Assembly (NCBI GenBank): GCA_963768655.1
Contig: CAVYIM010000007.1
Location: 237,201-301,200 of the forward strand
Reading direction: 5' to 3'
Source: an uncultured Chloroflexia bacterium
Lineage (GTDB): Bacteria; Chloroflexota; Limnocylindria; Limnocylindrales; CSP1-4
DNA: 64,000 nt
Shown here: positions 47,530 through 57,671 of the stretch, in pieces
Position numbering within the stretch: position 1 is the stretch's first letter
Layout: the number at the start of each line of letters is the position of its first letter
Made by a program: the position numbers and the translations under genes
Notes under the pieces: model-generated
The model's input: only the letters and a program-made list of their open reading frames with translations
Databases searched by the model: none
Told to the model about the DNA's origin: nothing

Positions 47530-49671
47530 TCAGGCCAGCGGCGCGTTCGGGCGCCCCGCTGCCGCGGTTTCGGTCTGTCGGACCGAGGGCGTCACCCGCA
47601 TTCTTGCCAGCGTCTCGCGTATCTGTCCCGCGATGCCCTCCGCATCCAGGCGCAGCAGGCGGCGCAGATCGTCGACGGAGCCATGGTCCACGAACCGGTC
47701 AGCGGGAATGCCGACGATACGCACCGTCACGTCCCGATATGCCGGATCGGCCACCCGCGCCTCTTCGACCAGCTCCAGGACCCCCACCCCGAACCCGCCG
47801 GTCACGACGCTCTCCTCGAGGGTCAGCAGCAGCTTCTTCCCGCGCGCCTGATCCAGGATCAGCTGGCGATCGAGCGGCTTGGCGAAGCGGGCATTGATGA
47901 CCCCCACCGACCAGCCGTCCTTCTCGAGCATGCAGGCCGCCTCACGGCCGCGCTCCACGATGGGGCCGAAGCCCACTATCAGAATCTGACTGCCCTCGCA
48001 CAGGACCTCGCCCACGCCGATCGGGAGAATCTCGGGCGTTCGCACGGGGACGCCGTAGCCGGGGTCGCGCGGGTAGTGCAGCGAGAAGGGGTGGTCCTGA
48101 GCGAAGGCGGTCCGGACCAGCGAGCGAAGCTCCTGCTCGTCCTTGGGGCTAGCGATGATCATGTGGGGCAGCTGGCGCTGCGTGGGCAGCGTAAACATGC
48201 CCTGGTGGCTCGTCCCGTCCTCGCCGACCAGGCCGGCCCGATCGACGGCGATCACTACAGGCAGATCGTTCTGGCAGACGTCGTGGACCTCCTGGTCGAA
48301 GGCGCGCTGCAGGAACGTGGAGTACAGCGCCACGACCGGCCGCTCGCCGGCGAGGGCCATGCCGGCCGATAGCGCCACGGCATGCTGCTCGGCGATCCCG
48401 ACGTCGAAGAAGCGATCCGGGAACTCGGCCTGGAACGAGTGAAGGCCAGTCCCGGTGGGCATCCCGGCGGTAACGGCCACGATTCGGCGATCTGTCCGTG
48501 CCAGGTCGATGAGCTCCGTGGAGAAGTGGTACGTGTAGTTGGGCGGCTTCGACGCCGCTGCAACCCTGGCCGCCGCCGAAGGCGTACCCATGTCCGCGCC
48601 GCCGGGAACGGAGCTGCCGTTGCCCGACGGCTCGAAGGGGGCCTCGTCCGGCTTCCCGGGGGTCGGCATGCCACTGTCTTTACGCGACAGCGCCGCGCCC
48701 GTCAGCGCCGGGTGGCCGGCGCCGGCATGGATTTCGGGAGCGCGGCCGTCGACGAGTTCGGGCATCGGGGGCAGCGCTGCGCCGTGGAAACCGATCTGGT
48801 CGCGCTCCGCCGGCCGATAGCCGCGTCCCTTGCGTGTCCTGACGTGGACGAGCACCGGACCCGGAACCTCCAGCGCGGCCCGGAAGATGTGCTCCAGGCC
48901 GCGGATGTTGTGACCTGGAATGACTCCGAGGTAGGTGATCCCGAGATCCTCGAAGAGCTGCCCGGGCTGGGCGAAGTTGACCACCATGCGCCGTATTCGG
49001 CGCGACAAACTCAGCGCCGGCCGGCCGACGACCGGCAGCGACTCGACGATTCGATCGTAGGCGGTCTTGCTCTGCTTCCAGGCGCTCGACAGCTTGAGTG
49101 TCGAGAAGTACTGGCTGAAGGCGCCCACAGTGGGGCTGATCGACATGGCGTTGTCGTTGAGGACGATCAGCAGCTGAGTCTGGCGGTGGCCGATGTCGTT
49201 CAGAGCCTCGAGCGAGAGACCGCTGATCAGCGCGGCATCGCCCACTACCACCGCGATCTGCTCCATGGAGTGGCGCAAGTCGCGGGCCGTGGCGAGGCCC
49301 TGAGCGATTGAGAGCCCGGTGCCGGCGTGCCCACCGTCGAAGACGTCGTGCTCCGACTCGGCTCGGCGTGGGAATCCCCCGATCCCGCCCAGCTGCCGCA
49401 GCGTCCCGAACCTGGCATAGCGTCCGGTCAGGAGCTTGTGGGCATAGGCCTGGTGCCCGGTGTCCCAGACGATCTTGTCGCGCGGCGACTCGAGCACGCG
49501 GTGTAGAGCGATCGCCACCTCGACCACGCCCAGCGAGGAGCCCAGGTGGCCGCCGGTCTTGGAAACGGTGGTGACTATGTACTCGCGAATCTCGGCCGCG
49601 AGGTCGTTCAGCTCCTCGTAGCTGAGGCCCCGCAGGTCGCTCGGGCCCTGCAGAGTGGGCAGGATTGCCAA
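47530..49671 (-). CDS. dxs: 1-deoxy-D-xylulose-5-phosphate synthase
   Basis: GGHLGSSLG, HQAYAHK, GDAA...NDN, DVGIAEQHA, YSTFLQRA, DRAG. Confidence 0.97.
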   Translation of the reverse strand: MAILPTLQGPSDLRGLSYEELNDLAAEIREYIVTTVSKTGGHLGSSLGVVEVAIALHRVLESPRDKIVWDTGHQAYAHKLLTGRYARFGTLRQLGGIGGFPRRAESEHDVFDGGHAGTGLSIAQGLATARDLRHSMEQIAVVVGDAALISGLSLEALNDIGHRQTQLLIVLNDNAMSISPTVGAFSQYFSTLKLSSAWKQSKTAYDRIVESLPVVGRPALSLSRRIRRMVVNFAQPGQLFEDLGITYLGVIPGHNIRGLEHIFRAALEVPGPVLVHVRTRKGRGYRPAERDQIGFHGAALPPMPELVDGRAPEIHAGAGHPALTGAALSRKDSGMPTPGKPDEAPFEPSGNGSSVPGGADMGTPSAAARVAAASKPPNYTYHFSTELIDLARTDRRIVAVTAGMPTGTGLHSFQAEFPDRFFDVGIAEQHAVALSAGMALAGERPVVALYSTFLQRAFDQEVHDVCQNDLPVVIAVDRAGLVGEDGTSHQGMFTLPTQRQLPHMIIASPKDEQELRSLVRTAFAQDHPFSLHYPRDPGYGVPVRTPEILPIGVGEVLCEGSQILIVGFGPIVERGREAACMLEKDGWSVGVINARFAKPLDRQLILDQARGKKLLLTLEESVVTGGFGVGVLELVEEARVADPAYRDVTVRIVGIPADRFVDHGSVDDLRRLLRLDAEGIAGQIRETLARMRVTPSVRQTETAAAGRPNAPLA

Positions 49672-49780
49672 GTCATCACTCCCGGGCGACCCCCCTTCTC
49701 GCCCTTGCTGCGCGCGCGCTCACCTACCGGTCGAGTTATCGGTCGAGCGCCACCGAAGTCGTCTGCCGGGCAGTCTACAG

Positions 49781-50050
49781 CTAGTCCGCCTGTTCCTCGG
49801 CCCTGGCCTCGGCGACGGCCAGCTGACCCGCGGCGCGATCCAGAAGACGCTGAACCCGGAGCTCCGCCTGGCCCAGAAGCCCGGCGCAGTGCTCGTGAAG
49901 CGCCACGCCGCGCTCGTACAGCTCGATCGAACGCTCGAGAGGGAGGCCGCCCTGTTCCAGCTCCGCCACCGTCCGCTGCAACTCCACCAGAGCGTCGTCG
50001 AACGTGAGCGAGTCGATGTCCACGGCCTGGGTGGCCGCCTGGTCACTCAT
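49781..50050 (-). CDS. xseB: Exodeoxyribonuclease VII small subunit
   Basis: FDDALVELQRTVAELEQGGLPLERSIELYERG. Confidence 0.93.
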   Translation of the reverse strand: MSDQAATQAVDIDSLTFDDALVELQRTVAELEQGGLPLERSIELYERGVALHEHCAGLLGQAELRVQRLLDRAAGQLAVAEARAEEQAD

Positions 50051-50210
50051 CGGCACCTACCTCATCTGTCTGCGCGGGCTCTTCGTCTGCGGCGCGTGCC
50101 TCGACGGCACGGTCCAGACGAAGCCCCAGCAGGATACCAACCCGGATAGACAACACGAATGCCACGATGGCCCCCGCCACCAGCAGCGCGGCAACCAGTA
50201 GCTCCTGCAT
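50043..50210 (-). CDS. Small single-pass membrane protein (55 aa)
   Basis: MQELLVAALLVAGAIVAFVLSIRVGILLG...; ATG overlaps xseA stop (TGATG); 3' end overlaps xseB start. Confidence 0.65.
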   Translation of the reverse strand: MQELLVAALLVAGAIVAFVLSIRVGILLGLRLDRAVEARAADEEPAQTDEVGADE

Positions 50211-51790
50211 CACGAGCGACCACGCCTCGACGATGGGCGCCTCGTGCCGGCGGTCGGGCCGGCATGGGAGTCGACGGTCGCCTCGAACTCGCCCCCGGCG
50301 ACTCGGACCGCGAGCTGCTGGCCGGGGGGCGCCTCGTCGGGCTCGCGGACGATCGCTCCGTCCGAGCGGCGCCTCACGATCGCATACCCGCGGTCCAGCG
50401 TGGCCTGTGGCCCCAGCGCCGCCAGCGCCGCCGAGCTTCGCTCCAGGGCCGACCGCCGCGCCGCCAGCTGCACCGCCACCATGGGGTCGAGCCGCGCCGC
50501 AAGGCGCCGCTCCACATCGACCCGCCGCCCGATCTCGTCCCGCAGGGCCCTGGTTGCCCGATCCAACAGGTAGCCGGCCCGCTCCCGCGCCCCGGCCAGC
50601 TGCGCCGAGGGCCGCAGCCGCTCCAGAGCGCGGCTCTCCGCTCCGAGCTCGGCCCGTGCAGCGGCGATGACGCCGACCGTGCATGCGCCGGCACGTCTGG
50701 TCAGCTCACGCAGAACCGCCACGATCTCGGCGCTGTCCGGCACGACAAGCTCTGCGGCCGCCGAAGGGGTTGGGGCACGTACGTCGGCCGCGAAGTCGGC
50801 GAGCGTCACGTCGACCTCGTGCCCCACCCCGCACACGACCGGAACGGGATGAGCCACGACTGCACGCACGACGCGCTCGTCATTGAACGACCACAGGTCC
50901 TCCAGCGAGCCTCCGCCGCGTGCCAGGATGACCACCTCCGGGGCATCCTCCGGGCGTCCTTCCGCCCGACATTGCTCGCCCCAGCGCGCCAAACGATCCA
51001 GCGCCGACGCCACGCTCGCCGCGGCCCCTTCCCCCTGGACCTGGCAGGGCGAAAGCAGGAGCCGAGCCAGCGGCCACCGCCGCGCGACGACGTGGCAGAT
51101 GTCGTGCCAGACGGCGCCGGTCGCGCTGGTGGCCACGCCGATGACGGCCGGTCGGTCTGGCAGCGAGCGCTTGCGAGCGGTGTCGAACAGGCCCTCGGCG
51201 GCCAGCCTCGCTTTCAGCGCCTCGAACCGCAGCGCGAGATCGCCGAAGCCGGCGGGCTGGATAGCCGCCACGTAGAGCTGATAGACGCCCTGGCTCTCGA
51301 ACACGTCGATGCGGCCGTGAACCACGACTCGCAGGCCGGTCCGCGGCTCGAACGGAGAGCTCAGCCGGTCGTCGCGGAAGAAGACACACGCGAGCTGGCT
51401 CCGCTCGTCCTTCAGCGTGAAGTAGGCGTGGCCCGCCGACGAGACGGTCACCCGCCCGACTTCGCCCTCGACCCACACGTCGCGCAGCCCGTCTTCGGCC
51501 CGAACTGCCTCCCGTACGGCCCGCGTTATCTCGCTGACCTGCAGGATCCGGAGCGTGAAGCTTGCCGCCGGCTCGAGCCGCGCCGATTGCGCCGCTTCAG
51601 CCGTCGCACGCTCCGGCCGCGGGAGTGCGGCCTCGGTCGGTCGCGCGGATCCGGCGTCCTGTGCGGGAATCGCGTCCCACGACGGCAGGGCCCAGTCGGG
51701 CGGCGTCGATCCGTCGGGGACAGGCGCGGGCTCGTCCACAGGCAAGTCGCCCCAGAGGGGCTCGCTCTGCGGAGGCCCGCTGCGACTCAC
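50210..51790 (-). CDS. xseA: Exodeoxyribonuclease VII large subunit
   Basis: VWVEGEV, GHAYFTLKD, ARGGGSLEDLWSFNDE, GVGHEVD, APTPSAAAE; AGGAGG RBS before GTG. Confidence 0.95.
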   Translation of the reverse strand: MSRSGPPQSEPLWGDLPVDEPAPVPDGSTPPDWALPSWDAIPAQDAGSARPTEAALPRPERATAEAAQSARLEPAASFTLRILQVSEITRAVREAVRAEDGLRDVWVEGEVGRVTVSSAGHAYFTLKDERSQLACVFFRDDRLSSPFEPRTGLRVVVHGRIDVFESQGVYQLYVAAIQPAGFGDLALRFEALKARLAAEGLFDTARKRSLPDRPAVIGVATSATGAVWHDICHVVARRWPLARLLLSPCQVQGEGAAASVASALDRLARWGEQCRAEGRPEDAPEVVILARGGGSLEDLWSFNDERVVRAVVAHPVPVVCGVGHEVDVTLADFAADVRAPTPSAAAELVVPDSAEIVAVLRELTRRAGACTVGVIAAARAELGAESRALERLRPSAQLAGARERAGYLLDRATRALRDEIGRRVDVERRLAARLDPMVAVQLAARRSALERSSAALAALGPQATLDRGYAIVRRRSDGAIVREPDEAPPGQQLAVRVAGGEFEATVDSHAGPTAGTRRPSSRRGRS

Positions 51791-51840
51791 AACAGATCCT
51801 CCTGATCGAACCGGCGGCGCGCCCTCCGGCCGGCCGAACG

Positions 51841-52398
51841 CTAGAGCCGGGTCTGGTACTCGCCGGTTCGGGTGTCGACCCGGACCGTGTCGCCCTCGTT
51901 CACGAAGATCGGGACCTGGATGGTCAGGCCGGTCTCGAGCTTGGCCGCCTTGCGCGCGCCCGTCTGAGTGTCGCCTGCGAAGCCGGGCTCGGTCTCGACG
52001 ACCTTGAGGTCGACGGTGACCGGCAGCTCGACGCCGATCGTCTCGCCCTCGTAGCTGGTCCGATCCAGGAGCATGGATTCCTTCAGGTAGTTGACGGCGT
52101 CGTCGAGCTGCTCGGCGCTCAGGTGGAACTGGTCGTAGCTCTCCGTCTCCATGAAGTGGAAGTCGTTGCCGTCCTGATAGAGGAACTGGATCTGGCGGTG
52201 CTCCAGCTGGACTCGGGGCCACTTGTCCCCGGCCTGGAAGGACCGTTCGATCGTCTGGCCGCGCTTGATGTTGCGGAGCTTGATGCGGACTTGCGCCGAG
52301 CCACGCCCGATCTTCAGGTGGTGATAGTCGAGGATCTGCCACAGGTCGCCATCGAGCTCGATGGTCACACCCTTGTGCAGGTCGCTTGTCGAAATCAT
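51841..52398 (-). CDS. efp: Elongation factor P
   Basis: QFLY, FMETESYDQ, TEPG-GDT, KAAKLETG, VDTRTGEY; tip loop KIGRG. Confidence 0.96.
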   Translation of the reverse strand: MISTSDLHKGVTIELDGDLWQILDYHHLKIGRGSAQVRIKLRNIKRGQTIERSFQAGDKWPRVQLEHRQIQFLYQDGNDFHFMETESYDQFHLSAEQLDDAVNYLKESMLLDRTSYEGETIGVELPVTVDLKVVETEPGFAGDTQTGARKAAKLETGLTIQVPIFVNEGDTVRVDTRTGEYQTRL

Positions 52399-52521
52399 GG
52401 TCGAGGACGGCTCCTTGGATAGCAGGCCGACCGGCGGCCGCCTGGATCGATCGATATCGTGCTCCCGAATTGTACCGGAGCGAGCGCCGGAAACACGGCC
52501 GCTCCGGATCGCCTCGGACCG

Positions 52522-53751
52522 TCAGACCCCGACGACGACCACGTCCCGCGGGAAGCAAGTCAGGGCTCCAGCGTGCCGCGCTCCCGTGTCGTACAGGACC
52601 AGATCCTCGATCCGGACGCCCGTCTCGCCGTCGAGGTAGATCCCCGGCTCGACGCTGAAGACCGTCGGGCTGGGCAGCGGATCCTCGATCGCAGCTCGGC
52701 TCAGCGACGGCAGCTCGTGCGTGGCCAGGCCGATGCCGTGGCCGGTGGCGTGTCCGAAATGCTCGCCGTGCCCCGCTGCCTCGATCACCTGACGCGCCGC
52801 CGCGTCGCCTTCGCGGCCGTTCGCCGCCGCACGCTCGCGGCGCGCCGACGCGCCGAGCAGCTCGATGGCCGCATTCTGGGCTGCCGCCACGATCTCGTAG
52901 ATCGCCAGGTCGCGCGCCGCCGGCTCGCCCACGAAGAGGGTCCGCGTCATGTCGCTGCGATAGCCGGCCACCATGGCTCCGAAGTCGAACAGAAGCACCT
53001 GGCCACCGCACACCTCCTGCCCCGAGGGCGAGCCGTGAGGCAGCGCGGCGTTCGGTCCGGCCAGGCAGGCGATGCCGAACGCCAGCGCTTCCGCGCCGCA
53101 GGTGCGCATCTCCCACTCGAGGGCCATTGCCAGTTCCCGCTCCGTCACGTCAGGCTTGATTCGCCGCACGATGGAGGCGAGAGCGCGGTCGGCGACCGCG
53201 CAGGCCGCCCTGATCCGTTCGATCTCGGCCGGTTCCTTGGTCGCCCGATCGGCCTCGACCCAGCCGCTCACGGGCACCAGCTCGACGTCGGGGGCGGACT
53301 CTTGTAGCTCCAGCCACTGCTGGTGACTGACGAATCCACCCTCCACCGCCACTCGTTTCGCACCCACGCTCTTCGCCAGGGCCGGCCAGCCGGCCGCGAG
53401 GTCGTAGGTCGTCGGCTCGATCCGGGCCTCCGGCGCCTGCGCCATCGCCTGCAGGCGGTAGCGCGTATCCGCCAAAACCACGACCTCCTCGCCGGAAACC
53501 ATGAAGCGGCCGGAGTTCCCGGCGACCCGATCTTCGCCGTCCTCGAGGATGAAGCCGGTCAGGTAGCGCATGTGCTCGGGGCGAACGCCGAAGTAGGCGT
53601 CGATCCCATCGGCGGCGAGCCGGGCGCGCAGCCTGACCAGGCGAGCCGGGCGCGCGGACCTGTCGGCCTCGGCCCAGCGGTCCAGATCGCCCGCCGCCGG
53701 AGGCGCCGCGAAGTCGGCTGGATGCGGCAGACGCCGCACGACTGCAGTCAC
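52522..53751 (-). CDS. Xaa-Pro aminopeptidase (M24B)
   Basis: ALPH, DFGA, YRSDMTRT, HATGHGIGL, SVEPGIY, GVRIED. Confidence 0.93.
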   Translation of the reverse strand: MTAVVRRLPHPADFAAPPAAGDLDRWAEADRSARPARLVRLRARLAADGIDAYFGVRPEHMRYLTGFILEDGEDRVAGNSGRFMVSGEEVVVLADTRYRLQAMAQAPEARIEPTTYDLAAGWPALAKSVGAKRVAVEGGFVSHQQWLELQESAPDVELVPVSGWVEADRATKEPAEIERIRAACAVADRALASIVRRIKPDVTERELAMALEWEMRTCGAEALAFGIACLAGPNAALPHGSPSGQEVCGGQVLLFDFGAMVAGYRSDMTRTLFVGEPAARDLAIYEIVAAAQNAAIELLGASARRERAAANGREGDAAARQVIEAAGHGEHFGHATGHGIGLATHELPSLSRAAIEDPLPSPTVFSVEPGIYLDGETGVRIEDLVLYDTGARHAGALTCFPRDVVVVGV

Positions 53752-53790
53752 CTGGACAATGTTACGCGTCCGTCGCGGCAGTCGATCGGC

Positions 53791-55227
53791 CTACTTGATG
53801 TAGCCGTACTTCTTCTCGTTGGCGATCTGTTCGGCGTTGGTGTGAGCGAAGGCCAGAGCCCCCGTGCCGTCGTTCTTCGAGAGGAAGTAGTAGTACCCGT
53901 CGGCAGTGTCCGGAGTCAGCGCGGCCGCCAGAGAAGCCAATCCAGGCGAGTCGATCGGGGTCGGGGGCAGGCCGGCATGGTGGTAGGTGTTGTACGGAGC
54001 GATGTTGTCGGGGAACACGATCTGCGCCAGCGGCGTGGTTCCACCGACGGGAACCCAGAACGTGTAGCCCACCCAGCTCGCTATCGGATGCGACTCCAGC
54101 CATACCGAGTCATTCGCGTAGTCGACCGTGGGGTTCGACTCGAGCAGGCCGGTCGGCCACTTCTTCAGGTCGAGCCTGTTGACGTAGACCCCGGCCACCA
54201 GCGGCCGGTCCGAATCGAGCACCGCCTCGGGCTCGACCAGCGAAGCGATCTGCACGGTCTGGTAGATCTGGTCCGGAGTCAGCTTGAACAGCGCCGGCGG
54301 TGCCTGCGCCACGAAGGCGTTGAGCTGCTGTTCGATGAGCTCCAGGGGCGTGATGTTCGGGTCGACGTTGTAGGTGGCCGGGAACAGAAAGCCTTCGAGG
54401 GAAGCGCCCTGCGGCAAGCTCAGCCAGCTGTATTGAGCCAGAAGGCTCGCCGGGGGGTTGGTCGCCAGCTGGTAGTACTGCGCGACGTCGAGCGTGAGCT
54501 TGGCCGAAGGATCGACCGGATTGGCCTCCAGGTACTCCATCTCGGCCACCATCTGCTCGATGCGGAGCCCTTCTCGGAAGGTCAGGCGGACGGTGGGCGC
54601 GACTACGATCGGCGAGATCAGGGCATCGATGATCCCGTCGACGGTCATTGCCCTGCTGACGACGTGGCGACCGGCGATGAAGCTGGACGTCTCACCCCGC
54701 TCGATCGCCTCGAAGACGAATGCCCGGGCGTCGGCGATGATGCCCGCGCTCTGGAGCGCTTGGCCGATGTCAGCTGTGGTGTCGCCATACTGGACTTCGA
54801 AAGGGATCTGGCGGAAATCCTGTGCGTCCAGTGGCTGGGTGAGACTCGTGCCCAGGTCGCTGCGGACGATGTCGGCCACCAGCGGAAGCTTCAGGGCGGT
54901 CGGATTCTCCGCTGCCCACTCGGCGATGGCATGGACGACGGCCGGCCGCGCCAGAAAGTACAGTCCCCCGAGGACCAGGCTGGCCAGCACGAGTGTGAAC
55001 ACGGCGAAGCGCAGAACCGTGCCAACTCCACCCGACTTGCGCGACTTGTAGTCGCGCCGGTCCTCCGTGCCCGAGTCCACCTTGGAGCCGGGGCCCACCG
55101 CCTCGGTCCCGGCCGGATCGTAGCCATCCCAGCCCGTGTCTACGAATGGACGCGGTATGGTCGGCGATCCTTTCCTGACGCCCCGGCGACCCTGGTTGTT
55201 CGGGTCCTGGTCGCTACGAAGACTCAT
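53791..55227 (-). CDS. mltG: Endolytic transglycosylase MltG (YceG)
   Basis: TM anchor; LTFREG, LEGFLFPATY, ASLVEPEA (catalytic Glu), YVNRL, PYNTY, GLPPTPI. Confidence 0.93.
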   Translation of the reverse strand: MSLRSDQDPNNQGRRGVRKGSPTIPRPFVDTGWDGYDPAGTEAVGPGSKVDSGTEDRRDYKSRKSGGVGTVLRFAVFTLVLASLVLGGLYFLARPAVVHAIAEWAAENPTALKLPLVADIVRSDLGTSLTQPLDAQDFRQIPFEVQYGDTTADIGQALQSAGIIADARAFVFEAIERGETSSFIAGRHVVSRAMTVDGIIDALISPIVVAPTVRLTFREGLRIEQMVAEMEYLEANPVDPSAKLTLDVAQYYQLATNPPASLLAQYSWLSLPQGASLEGFLFPATYNVDPNITPLELIEQQLNAFVAQAPPALFKLTPDQIYQTVQIASLVEPEAVLDSDRPLVAGVYVNRLDLKKWPTGLLESNPTVDYANDSVWLESHPIASWVGYTFWVPVGGTTPLAQIVFPDNIAPYNTYHHAGLPPTPIDSPGLASLAAALTPDTADGYYYFLSKNDGTGALAFAHTNAEQIANEKKYGYIK

Positions 55228-55762
55228 TAGCTTCCTCGCTCGACGGGCTCGTCTGACCGAACGCAGACTCGTCTGCGGCTCCGGCTGTGGCGTCAAGATC
55301 GTCCTGAAGTATCAGCGTCGCCGCCTCGCGATCGATGCGGGCCCGACGTGCGTCACGCTGCGCCCCGCTGGGCGGGCCACCTGATCTGCCCCTGGCCGGG
55401 CCGCCGATGCGCTGCTCGGCGCGCACGCTCGTCAGACGCTCGTCGCGGAATCGCAGCGGCAAGCCAGTCGCGGCAGCTACTGCGACCGACCACTCGCGCG
55501 TCCTGGCGGCCTGCAGGCCCTCGCTCCCGTCGGCGTTGAGAGGCAGGCCGACCAGCAGGCCGTCCGCCCGCTGCTCGGCGGCGAGGCGCGCTACGGTGCG
55601 AGCGTCCTCGTCGACGGTCCGCGCCCGACTAAGCGTGGCCAGCGGCACGGCCGAGTGCGTCTCCACTTCCCCTACGGCCACGCCGATTCGCCGCTCGCCC
55701 AAATCTATGCCCAGGACCCGGCGCAACTTTGGGGCGCCTCCACGGGCGTCATCGACGCTCAT
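55214..55762 (-). CDS. ruvX: YqgF/RuvX family nuclease (pre-16S rRNA processing)
   Basis: LGIDLGERRIGVA, VGLP, DERLTS, IDREAATLILQ. Confidence 0.93.
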   Translation of the reverse strand: MSVDDARGGAPKLRRVLGIDLGERRIGVAVGEVETHSAVPLATLSRARTVDEDARTVARLAAEQRADGLLVGLPLNADGSEGLQAARTREWSVAVAAATGLPLRFRDERLTSVRAEQRIGGPARGRSGGPPSGAQRDARRARIDREAATLILQDDLDATAGAADESAFGQTSPSSEEANESS

Positions 55763-57667
55763 GGCGTGGCCGTTGGGCTCGCCCCGGTCGAAGCGGTCGC
55801 CGCCGGCGTCGGAGTGGGGCTCGGTGATGGCGCGGCGGAAGGGAACGGCGTCGCCGTCGCAGTTGCCGACGGGGTCGCAGTCTCCGTCGGCGTCTCCGTC
55901 GGCGTTGGGGTCAGCGTCGGAGTCTCGCTCGGGGTCGATGTCGGAGTCTCGGTCGGCGTCGGCTCGCCACTCGGCGGTGCGTTGCCGGTCGACGTTGCGA
56001 CCGGCGTCGGAGTCGCCGTGGGAATCGGCGCGATCGTCTCGGAGGCTCCGGGGCCGGGCGGCGCGGTCGGTGCGATGAGGCTCACCTTGATCCGGAAGTC
56101 GAACCCCGGGATTGTCGACACCCAGAACGGCCAGGTGGAAACCTGCGCGGTGCCGTACTGGGATAGGTAAGCGCTGGCCTGCGTCGCGGACTTGCCCTTG
56201 ATGGCGGCGCGCAGCTGGTTCACGTCTACCGTTGCCGTCTGGAGCCCGCTGGCGACCACGGGGACAGTAACCACAAATCCGTCAGCGGTCGGCGTCCCAA
56301 ACGTGACCGCGAGCGAGCCGCCGACGAGCACGTGGCCGGCCTGAACCATGGCCTGGATCTTGCGACCGGCGAGGCTGCGCACTGACGAGAGGTCGGCCAA
56401 TGTAGCGGTTTCCGTGGCGCTCGCGGCCAGGTCAAAGCTCAACAGGCCCTGGTTCACGAGCGTGGCCGGGTCAGGGGCGAAGCTGGGATCGCCCAGGCTG
56501 CCCGTCGCGGGAAACAACTCCATTCCCGCCGCAACAGACGAGGGATCGGCCATCTTGGCCTGCGCCGCCGATTCGAGCTGTGCCGTGAGACTGGCTTCCG
56601 CGGCGGCGATATCGGACTGCTGCACGAAAGACGTCACGGTGTGAGTGCCGCCCGACGTGGCCTTCTTGTTGGTCACCTGGTCGGCGACGACGAGCGCCGC
56701 CGCCAAGGAGGCCGGTACGTTGACGATGGCCCCGGCGGGGACGTCCCCAGAAAGGCCCTTCTTCACCGCCGTCACGGCCACGTCGCCAGTTGCCGGAGTG
56801 AACGTGTTCGCGCCGGTGATCACGGCCTTCGGCACCGTGATCGTGGAGTTCGTCGCGAACGCAACTCCGGCCGCGGTCTCAACCTGCGTACCGGCGGGTA
56901 TCACCACGGGGCTCCCCGTGTTCCCACTGGTAAAGGTGACCGTGCCGGTGGCGGCCGTGTCGACGACGTTCTGGCCCGTGGCGTTGAACGTGCCGCTCGC
57001 CTGCACGGCGAACCCCTTGGCCACGCCCGGAACCGCCAGCATGGCGTCGTTCGGAGCGCTGATTCCGGGATCGACCCTGATCGCCAGGCTCACGGGGCCG
57101 ACCGCCTCCTCTCTCAACGTCAGGACGACGGTGGCGCTCGGCAGCAGCAGAAATGCGCCGAGGCCGCCTACGAGGAGAACAGCGACGAGCCCCAGGGCGA
57201 CCCAACGCCAGGCCCCGGGACCGAACCGGCGGACCGTGCGCGCCGCGGGCTGCCCACCGCCGGTCGTCCGACCGGGCCCACCGCCGGCACGCCTGGCGGT
57301 CCGGTCCGCCTCTCCGGCCCCGACCGTAGCCGCCAGCTCGTCGAGCGCGTCGCCGACGGCGTCGGCACCACCTGGCTGATTGCCGGGCGGCCGCGCGGCT
57401 TCCGCCTTCTGGTACTCGGCAACGCTGGCGAAGACCGGCAGATCGGCCGTCTGAGCCAGGGATCGAACCGTCGCGTCGGCGGCGATGATAGCCAGGCGCC
57501 GGCCCCGATGGCGCGCCTCGCGGGCGAGGAGCCGGAAATTGATTCGCGACGTCGCCAGGCGCGAGCCGCCCTGGATCACCAGCGCGATGCGCGTGTCGCT
57601 GGCGTCGCGGATTGCGTGCAGCCGCGGACGTGATCTCGTCGTCGACGTCGATGTAGTAGATAGCCAT
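55759..57667 (-). CDS. Single-pass membrane protein with baseplate J/gp47-like exterior domain and Pro/Thr tail (one apparent +1 indel near 57613)
   Basis: Span 1909 nt (636 codons + 1); MAIYYIDVDDEITSAAAR joins IRDASDTRIALV; TM WVALGLVAVLLVGGLGAFLLL; ATGTVTF...IPAGTQV...VAFAT...VTAVKKG-SGDVPAGAI...VTNKKATSGG. Confidence 0.75.
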
Positions 57668-57671
57668 GGCG

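Noticed and set aside
50210-53116. 968-aa ORF suggesting a large XseA fusion
   Set aside because: The upstream part is an off-frame read through efp and the M24 peptidase; xseA has its own RBS and GTG at 51790.
55760-56040. Tandem repeats resembling a CRISPR array or VNTR (also at 3676-3810)
   Set aside because: Degenerate codon repeats encoding Pro/Thr linkers; no repeat-spacer structure or cas genes.
55759-57667. Prophage, tailocin or contractile injection system
   Set aside because: No sheath, tube, spike, terminase or lysis genes in the window; the protein has a TM and sits in a housekeeping operon.
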